Source: Candidatus Krumholzibacteriia bacterium
Lineage (GTDB): Bacteria; Krumholzibacteriota; Krumholzibacteriia; JAJRXK01
Length of the DNA: 49,904 nucleotides
Assembly (NCBI GenBank): GCA_041484665.1
Contig: JBGPIA010000026.1
Coordinates: forward strand, 1 to 49,904
Reading direction: 5' to 3'
Under the pieces are notes generated by a model. That model did not search any database and was not told where the DNA came from. It saw nothing but the letters and a program-made list of their open reading frames with translations. Of the stretch, positions 27,758 through 37,459 are shown one piece after another; positions within the stretch are counted from its first letter, which is position 1; each line of letters opens with the position of its first letter. The position numbers were made by a program, and so were the translations under genes.

Positions 27758-30700
27758 GTGCGCCTGCCGGACCCGCGAATTTCCAGCCACCCGGACGCCG
27801 ATCCGCACGGGTTACCCGGCGCGCTGCGGCACGCGGCGCACGCGTTGGGCACACTCCTGCTCGCTGCTGGATGCCTCGCCGCCTCGACGGCTGTGGCTCC
27901 GGCGCTGGCGCAGATGGCCATGGATCCTGGCCTGGCCCGCTCGCTCGCGGCCAAGGGAGCGTTGCAGGGCGTGCAGCGCCAGCTGCTGGCGGCGCGCGAT
28001 CGCGGCTTCTTCGACACCAGCCCGGCACCACCGCCTCTGCTTGCCGCGCTGCCGGGGGCGACGCTTCGCAAGCAGTCGACGTGGCGAGCGCTGGTGCTGC
28101 TGGTGGACTTCTTCGACGCGCCGGCCACGGGCCGCTTCAGTCAAAGCGACTACAACCGCCTGCTCTTCAGCACCGGGATCGTGTCCACCGGGAGCCTGAC
28201 CGAGTTCTACCTCGAGAACAGCTACGGCAGGCTACAGATCATCGGGGACGTGGTGGGATGGCTGCGGATGCCGCACCCGCGGAGCTGGTACTGCAATACC
28301 GACGGCCTGCCGGGCACGGCCGACGACTACGGTCTCGGACCCCTTCCACACAACGCGCAAGCTCTCGCCATCGATGCAATCGCCGCGGCCGATGCGTCCG
28401 TGGATTTCCAGAACTACCGCAATGGACGCTCGCGGGTGGACGGCGTGTTCGTCGTGCACGCCGGCGCGGGCGCCGAGCAGAGCGGCAGCCCCAACGATCT
28501 GTGGAGCCATCAGTATTCGGCCAACACCACGACGGCCGACGGTGTGGAGGTCGGCTCGTACACCATGGAGCCCGAGTACCGCGCGGGGCAGGCGCTCACC
28601 GACATCGGCGTCTTCTGCCACGAGTTCGGCCACGCGCTCGGGGGGATGCCCGACCTGTACGACCTGGACGGTTCCAGCGGCGGCATCGGTAACTGGTCCC
28701 TCATGTCCACGGGCGTCTGGAACGACGGTGGCCACACGCCGGCGCACTTCGACGCCTGGTGCAAGATCAAGCTTGGATTCCTCGCGCCGGTGGCTCTGCA
28801 GGGCGAGGTGTTCGCGCTGCAGATCGCGCCCATCGAGCTGCAGGACGTGGCGTACAAGATCCAGCGCCCGGCGCACGCGTCCAAGGAGTACCTGCTGATC
28901 GAGAACCGGCGACGGCTCGGATTCGACGCCGCTCTTCCGGGAGAGGGACTGCTGGTCTGGCACATCGACGAGGCCGTCACGAACAATCGCAACGAAGCCT
29001 GCGGGCCCGCGCCGTTCCATCCGCTGGTGCGCCTGATCGAGGCCGATGGCCTCTGCCAGCTGGAGGCGGGAGGCCGCGGCGATCTCGGCGATCCCTTCCC
29101 AGGCAGCTTCCACGTGCAGCGCGTCGATGACAGCACGACCCCCGGCCTGCACGCCTACAGCGGCCAGGCCACGGACCTCCTCCTGAACCAGATCACCGAG
29201 CTGGGCAACTCGACGCGGCTCGACGTGCTGTTCTCCAGCGTCCTCATCAACCGCGTGCCGCTGGATTTCCAAAGCGTCGCCGCCGCGCTGGCGGCCGCAG
29301 GGCCCGGGGACGAGGTGCGCATCCGCGCCGCAGAGCTCCAGACCGGCAATTTCATCGTACCGGCGGGCGTGACCCTCAGCGGTGGGTGGGATGCCGCCTA
29401 CCAGACCCAGGATCCGCTGAGCCCCAGCGTGCTGGTGGCCGGGGCCAGCGCGCCAGTGCTGCAGGTGAGCGGGGGTGCATCCACCACGGGGACGGGGCCC
29501 GTGGGGATCGACGACCTGATCGTGCGTGGCGGGTGGGGGTTGGAGCAGTACCTGCCCGAGCACCGTTATCTGGGCGGTGGGCTGCTGGTGCTCGGCGGGC
29601 AGGCGCGCGTCACGCGCTGCCGCTTCGAGAACAACGTGGCAGGCCCCAACGGGCTGCTCCCCGCGCGGGGCGGCGCCATCGCCGGCAGCGGGTCGGACCT
29701 GGCGGTGGAGGACTGCAGCTTCCAGGGCAGCCTTGCCAAGGAGGGCTGCGACCTCTTTGCCGAGGGCGCAAGCGTGCAGATCCGCCGCTGCACGTTCGCC
29801 GGGGCCACGGCGTACGTGCCCGTGACGGTGGAGACGCAGCGCGGCGGGGCCGTGCTCATGATCGGTGGCTCGCTGCTGGAGTTGGAGGACTGCATGTTGA
29901 CGGGGTATCGAGGCGTTGGCACCGGCGGCGCAATTTACGCTGGAGGCGTCGGCAGCCTGATCCTGCGCCGGTGCTCGGTCACCCAGTGCAACGCGCAGCA
30001 GGGCGGCGGCCTCTATGCCGCGGCGGCGAGCGTCGAGCTGCGCGACTGCGCTCTGGTCTCCAACGTGGCGGTGGGCGGCGGTAGCGGCGGTGGCGGTGGT
30101 GGTGGCGCCTATGTCTCGGGCGGGCAGCTCACCTGGATCGGTGGGAAGCTGCAGGACAACCACGCCGACTTCGCGGCCGGCGGGCGGATCGAGAACTCCG
30201 CACCGGGCTCTCGCCTCGAGGGGGTGCTGCTACGCGGAAACGTCGCGGCCGTATTCGCGGGTGGGCTCGCGCTCACCAACGGAACGGCCGCCGTGGAGCA
30301 CTGCGTATTCCACTCCAACCAGGGCCAGTACGCCGGAGGCGGCGTGTACGTCTTCGCCCCATCGCCCGTCACGGCGAGCACGGTGCGCGACTGCGTCTTC
30401 CTGCAGAACGCGCCCACGGCGGTCACCAAGGGCGGTGATGCGCCGCTGCTGCTGCTGTACAACCTGTACTGGGCCACGCAGGGCCCGCAGTCCGTGATGG
30501 GCACATCCGCAGGAGCCTTCGACCGTGAGCTGTCGCCGGGATTCGCCGACGCCACCGTGGGCGATTACCACCTTGTCTGGGGAAGCCCCGCGATCGACGC
30601 CGGCGATCCGGCCGCAGCGGCGGACTTCGACGGCAGCCTTGCGGATCTGGGGATCTACGGCGGATCCTACGACCCGGGGGACCGACCAGCGGTACCGCGG

Positions 30701-31285
30701 ACCACGCTGGCTGTGCCGGACTTCAGTGGGGTCCTGGTCCAGTGGAGCCCGTCCACCGTGGGTACACCGCAGGCCCAGGCCCGCGTCTACGGCCAGCCGA
30801 ACGCCCAGCATCTGCCGATCCCGGGCGAGCTGGTCGGCACCGTGACCGGCGCTGCGACGAGCTGGACGCACGTCTCGCCCCCACCGGCGCTGCGCTATCG
30901 GGTGCAGATCGTCGACGCGCAGGGCCGGGCAGGCGGCTTCGGCCCCGTGGCCACCGTCACCGCGACCGGCGCGCCGCCCGCGGTACGCGAGCCGGTTGTG
31001 GGCCAGCCGGCGCCAAACCCGTTCAATCCCGCCGCCGAAGTACGCCTGGAGCTGCCGCAGTCGCGCTGGGTCCGCGCGGAGATCTTCGATCCCGCCGGTC
31101 GCCGCGTGCGCTTGCTCGCCGACGCGCGAATGCCCGAGGGCACGGCGATCCTGCGCTGGGATGGGCGCAACGCGCAGGGCAGGGCCGTGGCCTCGGGGAG
31201 CTATCTGCTGCGCGTCGCACTCGCCGACGCCGGTGCGGGCGCACCGCAGACCACCGTCGTGCGACACCTGCTGCTGGTGCGCTGA
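27758..31285 (+). CDS. M6 (immune inhibitor A-like) metalloprotease with beta-helix repeats and C-terminal FlgD-Ig-like domain
   Basis: LVLLVDF, VHAGAGAE, IWSH-like LWSH, HEFGHALG.PDLYD, WSLMS.G, GLLVWHID; GGAI/GGGL repeats; PNPFNP...WDGRNAQGRAVASGSY; start approximate. Confidence 0.88.
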   Translation: MRLPDPRISSHPDADPHGLPGALRHAAHALGTLLLAAGCLAASTAVAPALAQMAMDPGLARSLAAKGALQGVQRQLLAARDRGFFDTSPAPPPLLAALPGATLRKQSTWRALVLLVDFFDAPATGRFSQSDYNRLLFSTGIVSTGSLTEFYLENSYGRLQIIGDVVGWLRMPHPRSWYCNTDGLPGTADDYGLGPLPHNAQALAIDAIAAADASVDFQNYRNGRSRVDGVFVVHAGAGAEQSGSPNDLWSHQYSANTTTADGVEVGSYTMEPEYRAGQALTDIGVFCHEFGHALGGMPDLYDLDGSSGGIGNWSLMSTGVWNDGGHTPAHFDAWCKIKLGFLAPVALQGEVFALQIAPIELQDVAYKIQRPAHASKEYLLIENRRRLGFDAALPGEGLLVWHIDEAVTNNRNEACGPAPFHPLVRLIEADGLCQLEAGGRGDLGDPFPGSFHVQRVDDSTTPGLHAYSGQATDLLLNQITELGNSTRLDVLFSSVLINRVPLDFQSVAAALAAAGPGDEVRIRAAELQTGNFIVPAGVTLSGGWDAAYQTQDPLSPSVLVAGASAPVLQVSGGASTTGTGPVGIDDLIVRGGWGLEQYLPEHRYLGGGLLVLGGQARVTRCRFENNVAGPNGLLPARGGAIAGSGSDLAVEDCSFQGSLAKEGCDLFAEGASVQIRRCTFAGATAYVPVTVETQRGGAVLMIGGSLLELEDCMLTGYRGVGTGGAIYAGGVGSLILRRCSVTQCNAQQGGGLYAAAASVELRDCALVSNVAVGGGSGGGGGGGAYVSGGQLTWIGGKLQDNHADFAAGGRIENSAPGSRLEGVLLRGNVAAVFAGGLALTNGTAAVEHCVFHSNQGQYAGGGVYVFAPSPVTASTVRDCVFLQNAPTAVTKGGDAPLLLLYNLYWATQGPQSVMGTSAGAFDRELSPGFADATVGDYHLVWGSPAIDAGDPAAAADFDGSLADLGIYGGSYDPGDRPAVPRTTLAVPDFSGVLVQWSPSTVGTPQAQARVYGQPNAQHLPIPGELVGTVTGAATSWTHVSPPPALRYRVQIVDAQGRAGGFGPVATVTATGAPPAVREPVVGQPAPNPFNPAAEVRLELPQSRWVRAEIFDPAGRRVRLLADARMPEGTAILRWDGRNAQGRAVASGSYLLRVALADAGAGAPQTTVVRHLLLVR

Positions 31286-31716
31286 CTAGCCCGATCGGGC
31301 CGCGCGCGCGATCGCTTGCCACGCTCGCCCATTCCACCGCTGCCGACACCCCATCGCCTCGGGCTTTCGACCCCGTGGTGGGCCGGGTCGCCCAGACCTT
31401 CCCACGCGTCGCCGCGAACAGACGGGCCCCTGCTTGACTCAACGGCCTGGCGATCCCCTGGAACTGCCTTGCGGTCTGCGTTGTGGCGGATCGGGCTGGC
31501 CCCGACGGACGGCGCGAACGAGCGCGGCTTGAAGGCCATAACATATTCAATCCACGGCGTTTACTCGCCAGGAGACACACGCGCCGGCACCCAGCCGTCC
31601 GCGGCCCACGCCTTGCAATGCAGCACGCGGGGCGGCGCCACCGTCGACGATCAGCAACGTGAGGATGAGCACCAGGGGGTGCCGCCCCGTTCTCTTCCTT
31701 CCTCCGGAGCTTCCTG

Positions 31717-33789
31717 ATGCCCAAGCTCGATCGCTTCCTGTCGGCGTTGTCCGAGTACAAAGCCGAGGCGCTGGTCCTCGAGCAGGACAGCCCGCCTGCC
31801 TTCCGTTTCCTCTCGGGAACCAAGCCCGTCAGCAAGACCGTGTTGGGCGCCGAGCAGCTGCTGATGCTTATCGCGGAGCTTGCCTCCCCCAAGGTGCTCG
31901 AGGCTTTCCGGCAGGATGGAGCGACGTCGTTCACCTATCAACTCGGGTCCACGAGCTATACCGGGATGCTGGAGGAGGACGCCGGCCGCGTCGTGGCCAC
32001 GCTTTGGGAGACGACCAAGGATGTCGCCGCCGCGGGCTCCGCCATGACCGCGACGCGCGGTGTGCACCCCGTGCTCGAGCCCGACGAGAGTGCGCTGACA
32101 CCGACGGCGCCAACGCGCGCCGGAACGCCATCGCGGCCAGCCGGGCCCGCCGCTGGCGGGAGGACTGCCGCGCCGCGCGAGCAGGGCAGGGCAGGTGGCG
32201 CAGCTGCCGGCGGTGCAACCGCAGCGGCCACGGCGTCGCCGCGCTCCGCAGCGGCACCCAAGGGGCACGCGCCCACGCCTGCCGGCGCGGGCGGCGCCGA
32301 CGCCGGCAAGGCTGCAACATCGCTGCGCACCGGGGAGCGGCAGACACCCCGCGCAGCGGACAGAGCAACCGACAAGGCTGCCGACCGATCCGCCGGCAAG
32401 GCCGACCGGGTCTTCGAGAAAGCCTCCGACAAGACTGCGGACAAGGCAGCCGACAAGGCCGGCGACCGGGCCTCTGACAAGGCCGGCAACAAGGCCGCCG
32501 ACCGAGCGTTCGACAAGGCCTCCGACCGGACCGCCGACAGGAAAGCGGACAACGCAGCGGCTCGGAGCGCCGAGCGACCGGCCGAGCCTGCCGCGGGCCA
32601 GCGCTTGGCAGGCGCGATGCGGGCCGCCAGCGAGCCTGACGCTGCGCTCACCTTCCAGCTCAACGCCGAGGAGCACTCCATCCCTGACGATATGCCCTCG
32701 CACTCCCGCGAGGAGATGGACCGGCTCCTGCGCAGCACCGTGGAACGGCACGCCAGCGACCTGCACCTTTCCTGCGGCAATTCGCCCATCTACCGCATCG
32801 ACGGCCTGATGAGCCCCGAGCCCACGGCGACGCCCCTGGCGCCGGAAGGGCTGTTCAAGATGCTGTTCAGCATCACACCACGCCGCAACCGCGATCAGTT
32901 CCTGCTGACGCGCGACACCGACTTCGCCTATGCGATCGAGGGCCTGAGCCGCTTCCGCGTGAACCTGTTCCACGACCGCCATGGCCCCGGGGCAGTGTTC
33001 CGGGCCATCCCCAACGAAATTGCTTCGGCCGACCAGCTGGGTCTGCCCACCGTGGTGCGCGATCTGGCGCGGCTGCACAAGGGGCTGGTCCTCGTGACCG
33101 GGCCCACGGGCAGCGGCAAGTCGACCACGCTCGCCGCGATGCTCGACGTGGTGAACCAGACCCGCGAGGACCACGTCATCACCATCGAGGATCCCATCGA
33201 GTTCGTGCACCCCAACAAGAAGTGCCTCATCAACCAGCGTGAGGTGGGGATCCACACGGGCAGCTTCAAGGCCGCCCTGCGCGCTGCGTTGCGCGAGGAT
33301 CCCGACGTGGTGCTCGTGGGAGAGATGCGCGACCTGGAGACCGTCTCCATCGCCATCGAGACGGCGGTCACCGGGCATCTGGTGTTCGGCACGCTGCACA
33401 CCACGACAGCGGCCACCACCGTCGACCGCCTGATCGACCAGTTCCCCCACGAGCAGCAGGACCAGGTGCGCGTGATGCTGGCCGACAGCCTGCGCGCCGT
33501 CATCAGCCAGACGCTCGTGCGCAAGAAGCACGGCGGTCGGGTCGCCGCCATGGAGGTCCTGCTCTGCACTCCGGCCGTGAGCAACCTCATCCGGGAGGCA
33601 AAGACCTTTCAGCTCGAGGGCACGATGCAGACGGCCAAGAACATCGGGATGCAGACGCTCAACGACCATCTGCTGGAGCTGGTCAAGGGCGGCCAGGTCG
33701 ACCCCATGGAGGCCTATCTCCACTCCGTGGACAAGGTGAACTGCCGCGACCTCTTCGCCCGCAACGGGATCCAGATCGGCAAGAGCTAA
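31717..33789 (+). CDS. pilT: PilT-family type IV pilus retraction ATPase with extra N-terminal domain and DKAA-repeat linker
   Basis: ASDLHL, GPTGSGKSTT, TIEDPIE, REDPDV..VGEMRD, GHLVFGTLH, AVSNLIRE. Confidence 0.9.
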   Translation: MPKLDRFLSALSEYKAEALVLEQDSPPAFRFLSGTKPVSKTVLGAEQLLMLIAELASPKVLEAFRQDGATSFTYQLGSTSYTGMLEEDAGRVVATLWETTKDVAAAGSAMTATRGVHPVLEPDESALTPTAPTRAGTPSRPAGPAAGGRTAAPREQGRAGGAAAGGATAAATASPRSAAAPKGHAPTPAGAGGADAGKAATSLRTGERQTPRAADRATDKAADRSAGKADRVFEKASDKTADKAADKAGDRASDKAGNKAADRAFDKASDRTADRKADNAAARSAERPAEPAAGQRLAGAMRAASEPDAALTFQLNAEEHSIPDDMPSHSREEMDRLLRSTVERHASDLHLSCGNSPIYRIDGLMSPEPTATPLAPEGLFKMLFSITPRRNRDQFLLTRDTDFAYAIEGLSRFRVNLFHDRHGPGAVFRAIPNEIASADQLGLPTVVRDLARLHKGLVLVTGPTGSGKSTTLAAMLDVVNQTREDHVITIEDPIEFVHPNKKCLINQREVGIHTGSFKAALRAALREDPDVVLVGEMRDLETVSIAIETAVTGHLVFGTLHTTTAATTVDRLIDQFPHEQQDQVRVMLADSLRAVISQTLVRKKHGGRVAAMEVLLCTPAVSNLIREAKTFQLEGTMQTAKNIGMQTLNDHLLELVKGGQVDPMEAYLHSVDKVNCRDLFARNGIQIGKS

Positions 33790-33954
33790 CGGCTGTCACC
33801 GCCCGTCCCGCCGGTCGCACCGATCCCTCCGGTCGCGCCGAACGCGCCGAACGCGCCGACCGCGCTGAGCACACTGCCCCTGCCGGTCCTGCTCCTCCCA
33901 CCGCACCTACTGAGCCCGCGCGCTCAAGCCGCGCCCTGCGGCGCCGCGACAACA

Positions 33955-34387
33955 TCGGTGTGCCGACGTTCGCATCCAGGTATGGCAGCGATCCCGGCTA
34001 CTGCCCACAGTCCTGCCGTGGAAGATGCATGCCCGCGATGCCGACGTTCGCATCCGGCTCGCGCCGTCACTGGGAAGGGACCATCCGTCTGCGCTCCACG
34101 GACGTTCGCCGGAGGCCCCGGATCGGTGGCCGGCCGGCCTGCACCCCCGGCCCGCAACCACTACGCAGTCCTCGGCGTCTGGCTTCCGCGACCGGGCCTG
34201 TGATTCGCCCTGGGCGGACTGCGGCCGCATCACGGCCGTTCGCAGTCGACGCTGGCCCGCCGGTGGCTGCCCTGCTTGCGACTCGTCATCTCGCAGTGCC
34301 GACGTTCGCACGTGCGCCTCTCTCGCCACGCTGTTCCCACCCGTTCTGCGGTCCGTCCGAGCGTCTGCGCTCGCAAGAACGGAGCTG
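33955..34387 (-). ncRNA. Candidate sRNA with repeated GCGAACGUC(GGCA) motifs
   Basis: Downstream of the sigma54 element; five motif copies, several in hairpin loops; no convincing ORF; ends are estimates. Confidence 0.35.
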
Positions 34388-34397
34388 CGCGCCCTTT

Positions 34398-34413
34398 TGC
34401 ATTGCACGTGCCA
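34398..34413 (-). promoter_or_regulatory. Sigma54 -24/-12 element pointing into the gene-free region 33.9-34.4 kb
   Basis: Minus strand TGGCACGTGCAATGCA versus consensus TGGCACG-N4-TTGCW. Confidence 0.65.
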
Positions 34414-34721
34414 CCGAGCTCCGCGGGGAATGGCCCGAACAACTCCTTGCCCAACAAGGGGTTGCACGGCATGAGTTATCCACAACGGTGGCCGCGCGTT
34501 GACGCAGCTGCACGGCCAACGTGACACTTTTCAGTCGATGCGCGCGGCCGTACGCCTAACCGTCAGCTTCACCGCAAGTTCGAGTGCCGTCTTGCCGGCT
34601 GGGCGCTGCACGGCCGGCAGGACACCGGGACGGTCGCGCTCGACACCACCGCCCTCCACTGGCGCGCGACGCGCTCCTGGATCAGATTCAGCGCGGTGAC
34701 CGACAGGGAAGGACCTGCGTC

Positions 34722-35492
34722 GTGCGTACCGCACTGGTAACGGGGGCCAACCGGGGAATCGGGCTGGAGGTCTGCCGGCAGCTCGCGCAGCTGGGGCTGC
34801 GCGTGGTGCTGACTGCCCGCGAGGCAGGGGTTGCCGCTGCCGCGGTCCACAGCCTGCTCGAGGAGGGACTGGCCGAGCAGCCGCCCATCGGCGGGCGTCG
34901 CGCCGGGCTCGACGTGCTGCCGGCCGCCCTGGACGTGGCGCGTGAGGACGCCGCGGGCGCATGCGCCGACGCGCTCGCGCACCTGGGCATCCACATCGAC
35001 GTGCTCGTCAACAATGCAGGCATCTACCCGTCCGGCGGAGTACTGGACACGTCGCCGCGGACCCTGCGCGCCACGATCGACACCAACTTCCTGGGCGCGC
35101 TCTGGACGTGTCAGGCCTTTGTCCCCGGGATGCTCCGCGCTGGCTACGGGCGCGTGGTCAACGTGTCATCGGGCTACGGTTCCTTCGCCGAAGGGCTGGA
35201 GGGCCCGGCCGCTTACAGCCTGTCGAAAGCCGCGCTGAACGCGCTCACGGTCAAGCTCGCCGCCGAGCTCGCCGCTGAAGTCGCCGCCGGGATCGCGGCC
35301 GAGGTCGCGCTGACCGGCGCCGACATCAAGGTCAACGCCGCCTGTCCGGGTTGGGTGCGTACGGAGATGGGCGGTCCCGATGCCGAGCGCAGCGTGGCAG
35401 AGGGGGCGGACACCATCGTATGGCTTGCCACGCTGCAGCTCGACGGCCCCAGCGGCGGCTTCTTTCGCGACCGCGCGCGCATTCCCTGGTAA
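34722..35492 (+). CDS. Short-chain dehydrogenase/reductase (carbonyl reductase-like)
   Basis: TGANRGIG, NNAG, NVSS, YSLSK, CPGWVRTEMGG. Confidence 0.93.
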   Translation: MRTALVTGANRGIGLEVCRQLAQLGLRVVLTAREAGVAAAAVHSLLEEGLAEQPPIGGRRAGLDVLPAALDVAREDAAGACADALAHLGIHIDVLVNNAGIYPSGGVLDTSPRTLRATIDTNFLGALWTCQAFVPGMLRAGYGRVVNVSSGYGSFAEGLEGPAAYSLSKAALNALTVKLAAELAAEVAAGIAAEVALTGADIKVNAACPGWVRTEMGGPDAERSVAEGADTIVWLATLQLDGPSGGFFRDRARIPW

Positions 35493-35662
35493 AGCCCGCG
35501 CCGGGACTCCGAAAGCACGTGAGTGCAGAGCCTGCGCCGTCCAGCTTCCGTTTCGGCCGCCGGCTCCGCCGATCTGTCGCGGCTGTACTCGGCTCGGCCC
35601 AGCTGTCCTGCGCACGGGCGGCGCTGCCCGCGCCTGCATGAAGCTGCTATAGTCACGCCGCG

Positions 35663-37435
35663 ATGGCCGAGTCACGTGTCGACAAGAAGACCGTCGTCTC
35701 CACGCTGCAGGAGATCGCCGTGCTGCTGGAGCTGGCGGGCGCCAATCCATTCAAGGCGCGCGCCTTCGATACGGGGGCTCGCGCCGTACAGTCCTACGGC
35801 GGCGATCTCATGGATGGGCTGCGCAGCGGTGAGTTGGCGCAGATCAAGGGCATCGGAAAGAGCCTGCTGGCCGAGGTCGAGGCCCTGCTCAGCACCGGCA
35901 CGAGCCCGGCACGCGAGGAGCTCCGCGCGCAGGTGCCGGCCGGCCTGCTGGAGCTGATCCAGGTTTCCGGGCTGGGGCCCAAGCGCGCACGGCAGCTGCA
36001 CGAGCGGTTGGGCATCGCATCCATTGGCGAGCTGGAGTACGCCTGCAACGAGAACCGCATCGCGCAATTGCCCGGGTACGGCGTTAAGACCCAGGAGAAC
36101 TTCCTCAAAGGCATCGCGACGTTGCGCCGTTTCGCGGGCCGTCACCTGCTGTCCTCTGCCTGGCAGATCGCCGACGCCTTGACCGCACGTGTCGCTGCCC
36201 TGCCCGGTGTCTCGCGCTGCGAGCTGGCCGGCTCGATTCGCCGCCGCCGGGAGACGATCCGCGATATCGATATCCTGGTCTCGACCGCCGATCCGCAGCG
36301 CGTGTCCGACGCGTTCGTCGCGTTCGAGGAGGTCGAGCGCGTGCTGGGCCACGGACCCACGAAATCCAGCGTGCTCACCCGGGACGGCATCCAGGTCGAC
36401 CTGCGCGTGGTCGAGGAGGCGCAATTCCCATTCGCGCTGCACTACTTCACCGGCAGCAAGGAGCACAACACCGCCATGCGCGCCCGCGCCCGCGCGCGCG
36501 GATTGAAGCTCAACGAGTACGGGCTTTTCCCGGCGGACGGTCCAGAGGGCGCCGCGGGCGCCGCAAGCCCTGGCAGCGTCCGCTGCGCCAGCGAAGCCGA
36601 GCTGTTCGCGGCGCTGGAGCTGGCCGAGATCGCCCCCGAGCTGCGCGAGGACATGGGCGAGATCGAGGCGGCGCAGCAGGGCCAGCTGCCGAGCCTGCTG
36701 CAGCAGGGCGATCTGCGCGGCGCGCTGCACAACCACAGCGCGTGGAGCGACGGGGCCGACAGCATCGAGGCGATGGCGTTGGCGGCGCGCGCGCTGGGCT
36801 GGGAGTACTTCGGCCTCTCCGACCACAGTCAGAGCGCGTTCTACGCCCATGGGCTCAAGCCCGATGACGTGGAGCGCCAGCACGAGGAGATCGATGCGCT
36901 CAACGCGCGCCTGCCAGGGATCACGATCCTCAAGGGCATCGAGAGCGACATCCTGCCCGACGGCCGGCTGGACTACGACGACGAGACCCTGGCGCGGTTC
37001 GACTTCGTGGTGGCCAGCGTGCACGGGCAGTTCGGGCTGAGCGAGTCCGAGCAGACCAAGCGCTGCGTCCGTGCGGTGCAGAACCCGTTCACCACGGTGC
37101 TCGGACACCCCACGGGTCGTCTGCTGCTCGCCCGCGAGGGCTTCGCCATCAATCTGCGCGCGGTGCTGGAGGCTGCCGCCGACTCGGGTTGCGCGGTCGA
37201 GCTCAACGCCAACCCCCACCGCCTCGACCTCGACTGGCGCGAGCTGAAAGCCGCCCGCGAGCTGGGCGCGCTCATCAGCATCGGGCCCGACGCCCACCGC
37301 CAGGACGGCCTGGCCGATCTGCGCTACGGCGTCGCGATCGCACGCAAGGGCTGGCTCACGGCCCGCGACGTCCTCAACACCCGCCCGCTCGCGCAGCTGC
37401 GCGGACATCTGGCGGCTCGTCGCGCGGCGGCGTGA
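35663..37435 (+). CDS. polX: DNA polymerase/3'-5' exonuclease PolX with PHP domain
   Basis: NPFKARAF, HhH motifs, AGSIRR, DIDIL, YFTGSKEHN, PHP HNHS/DHS/DAH. Confidence 0.94.
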   Translation: MAESRVDKKTVVSTLQEIAVLLELAGANPFKARAFDTGARAVQSYGGDLMDGLRSGELAQIKGIGKSLLAEVEALLSTGTSPAREELRAQVPAGLLELIQVSGLGPKRARQLHERLGIASIGELEYACNENRIAQLPGYGVKTQENFLKGIATLRRFAGRHLLSSAWQIADALTARVAALPGVSRCELAGSIRRRRETIRDIDILVSTADPQRVSDAFVAFEEVERVLGHGPTKSSVLTRDGIQVDLRVVEEAQFPFALHYFTGSKEHNTAMRARARARGLKLNEYGLFPADGPEGAAGAASPGSVRCASEAELFAALELAEIAPELREDMGEIEAAQQGQLPSLLQQGDLRGALHNHSAWSDGADSIEAMALAARALGWEYFGLSDHSQSAFYAHGLKPDDVERQHEEIDALNARLPGITILKGIESDILPDGRLDYDDETLARFDFVVASVHGQFGLSESEQTKRCVRAVQNPFTTVLGHPTGRLLLAREGFAINLRAVLEAAADSGCAVELNANPHRLDLDWRELKAARELGALISIGPDAHRQDGLADLRYGVAIARKGWLTARDVLNTRPLAQLRGHLAARRAAA

Positions 37436-37459
37436 TCCACCGGGGCAGGCCGCGACACC

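Noticed and set aside
34476..34484. Perfect DnaA box TTATCCACA as oriC
   Set aside because: Single box, no AT-rich unwinding element, no dnaA/dnaN nearby
33907..34527. 206-aa minus-strand ORF with RTSA repeats
   Set aside because: Atypical codons (CGA, AGA) and no protein-like features; repeats better explained at nucleotide level, though not excluded
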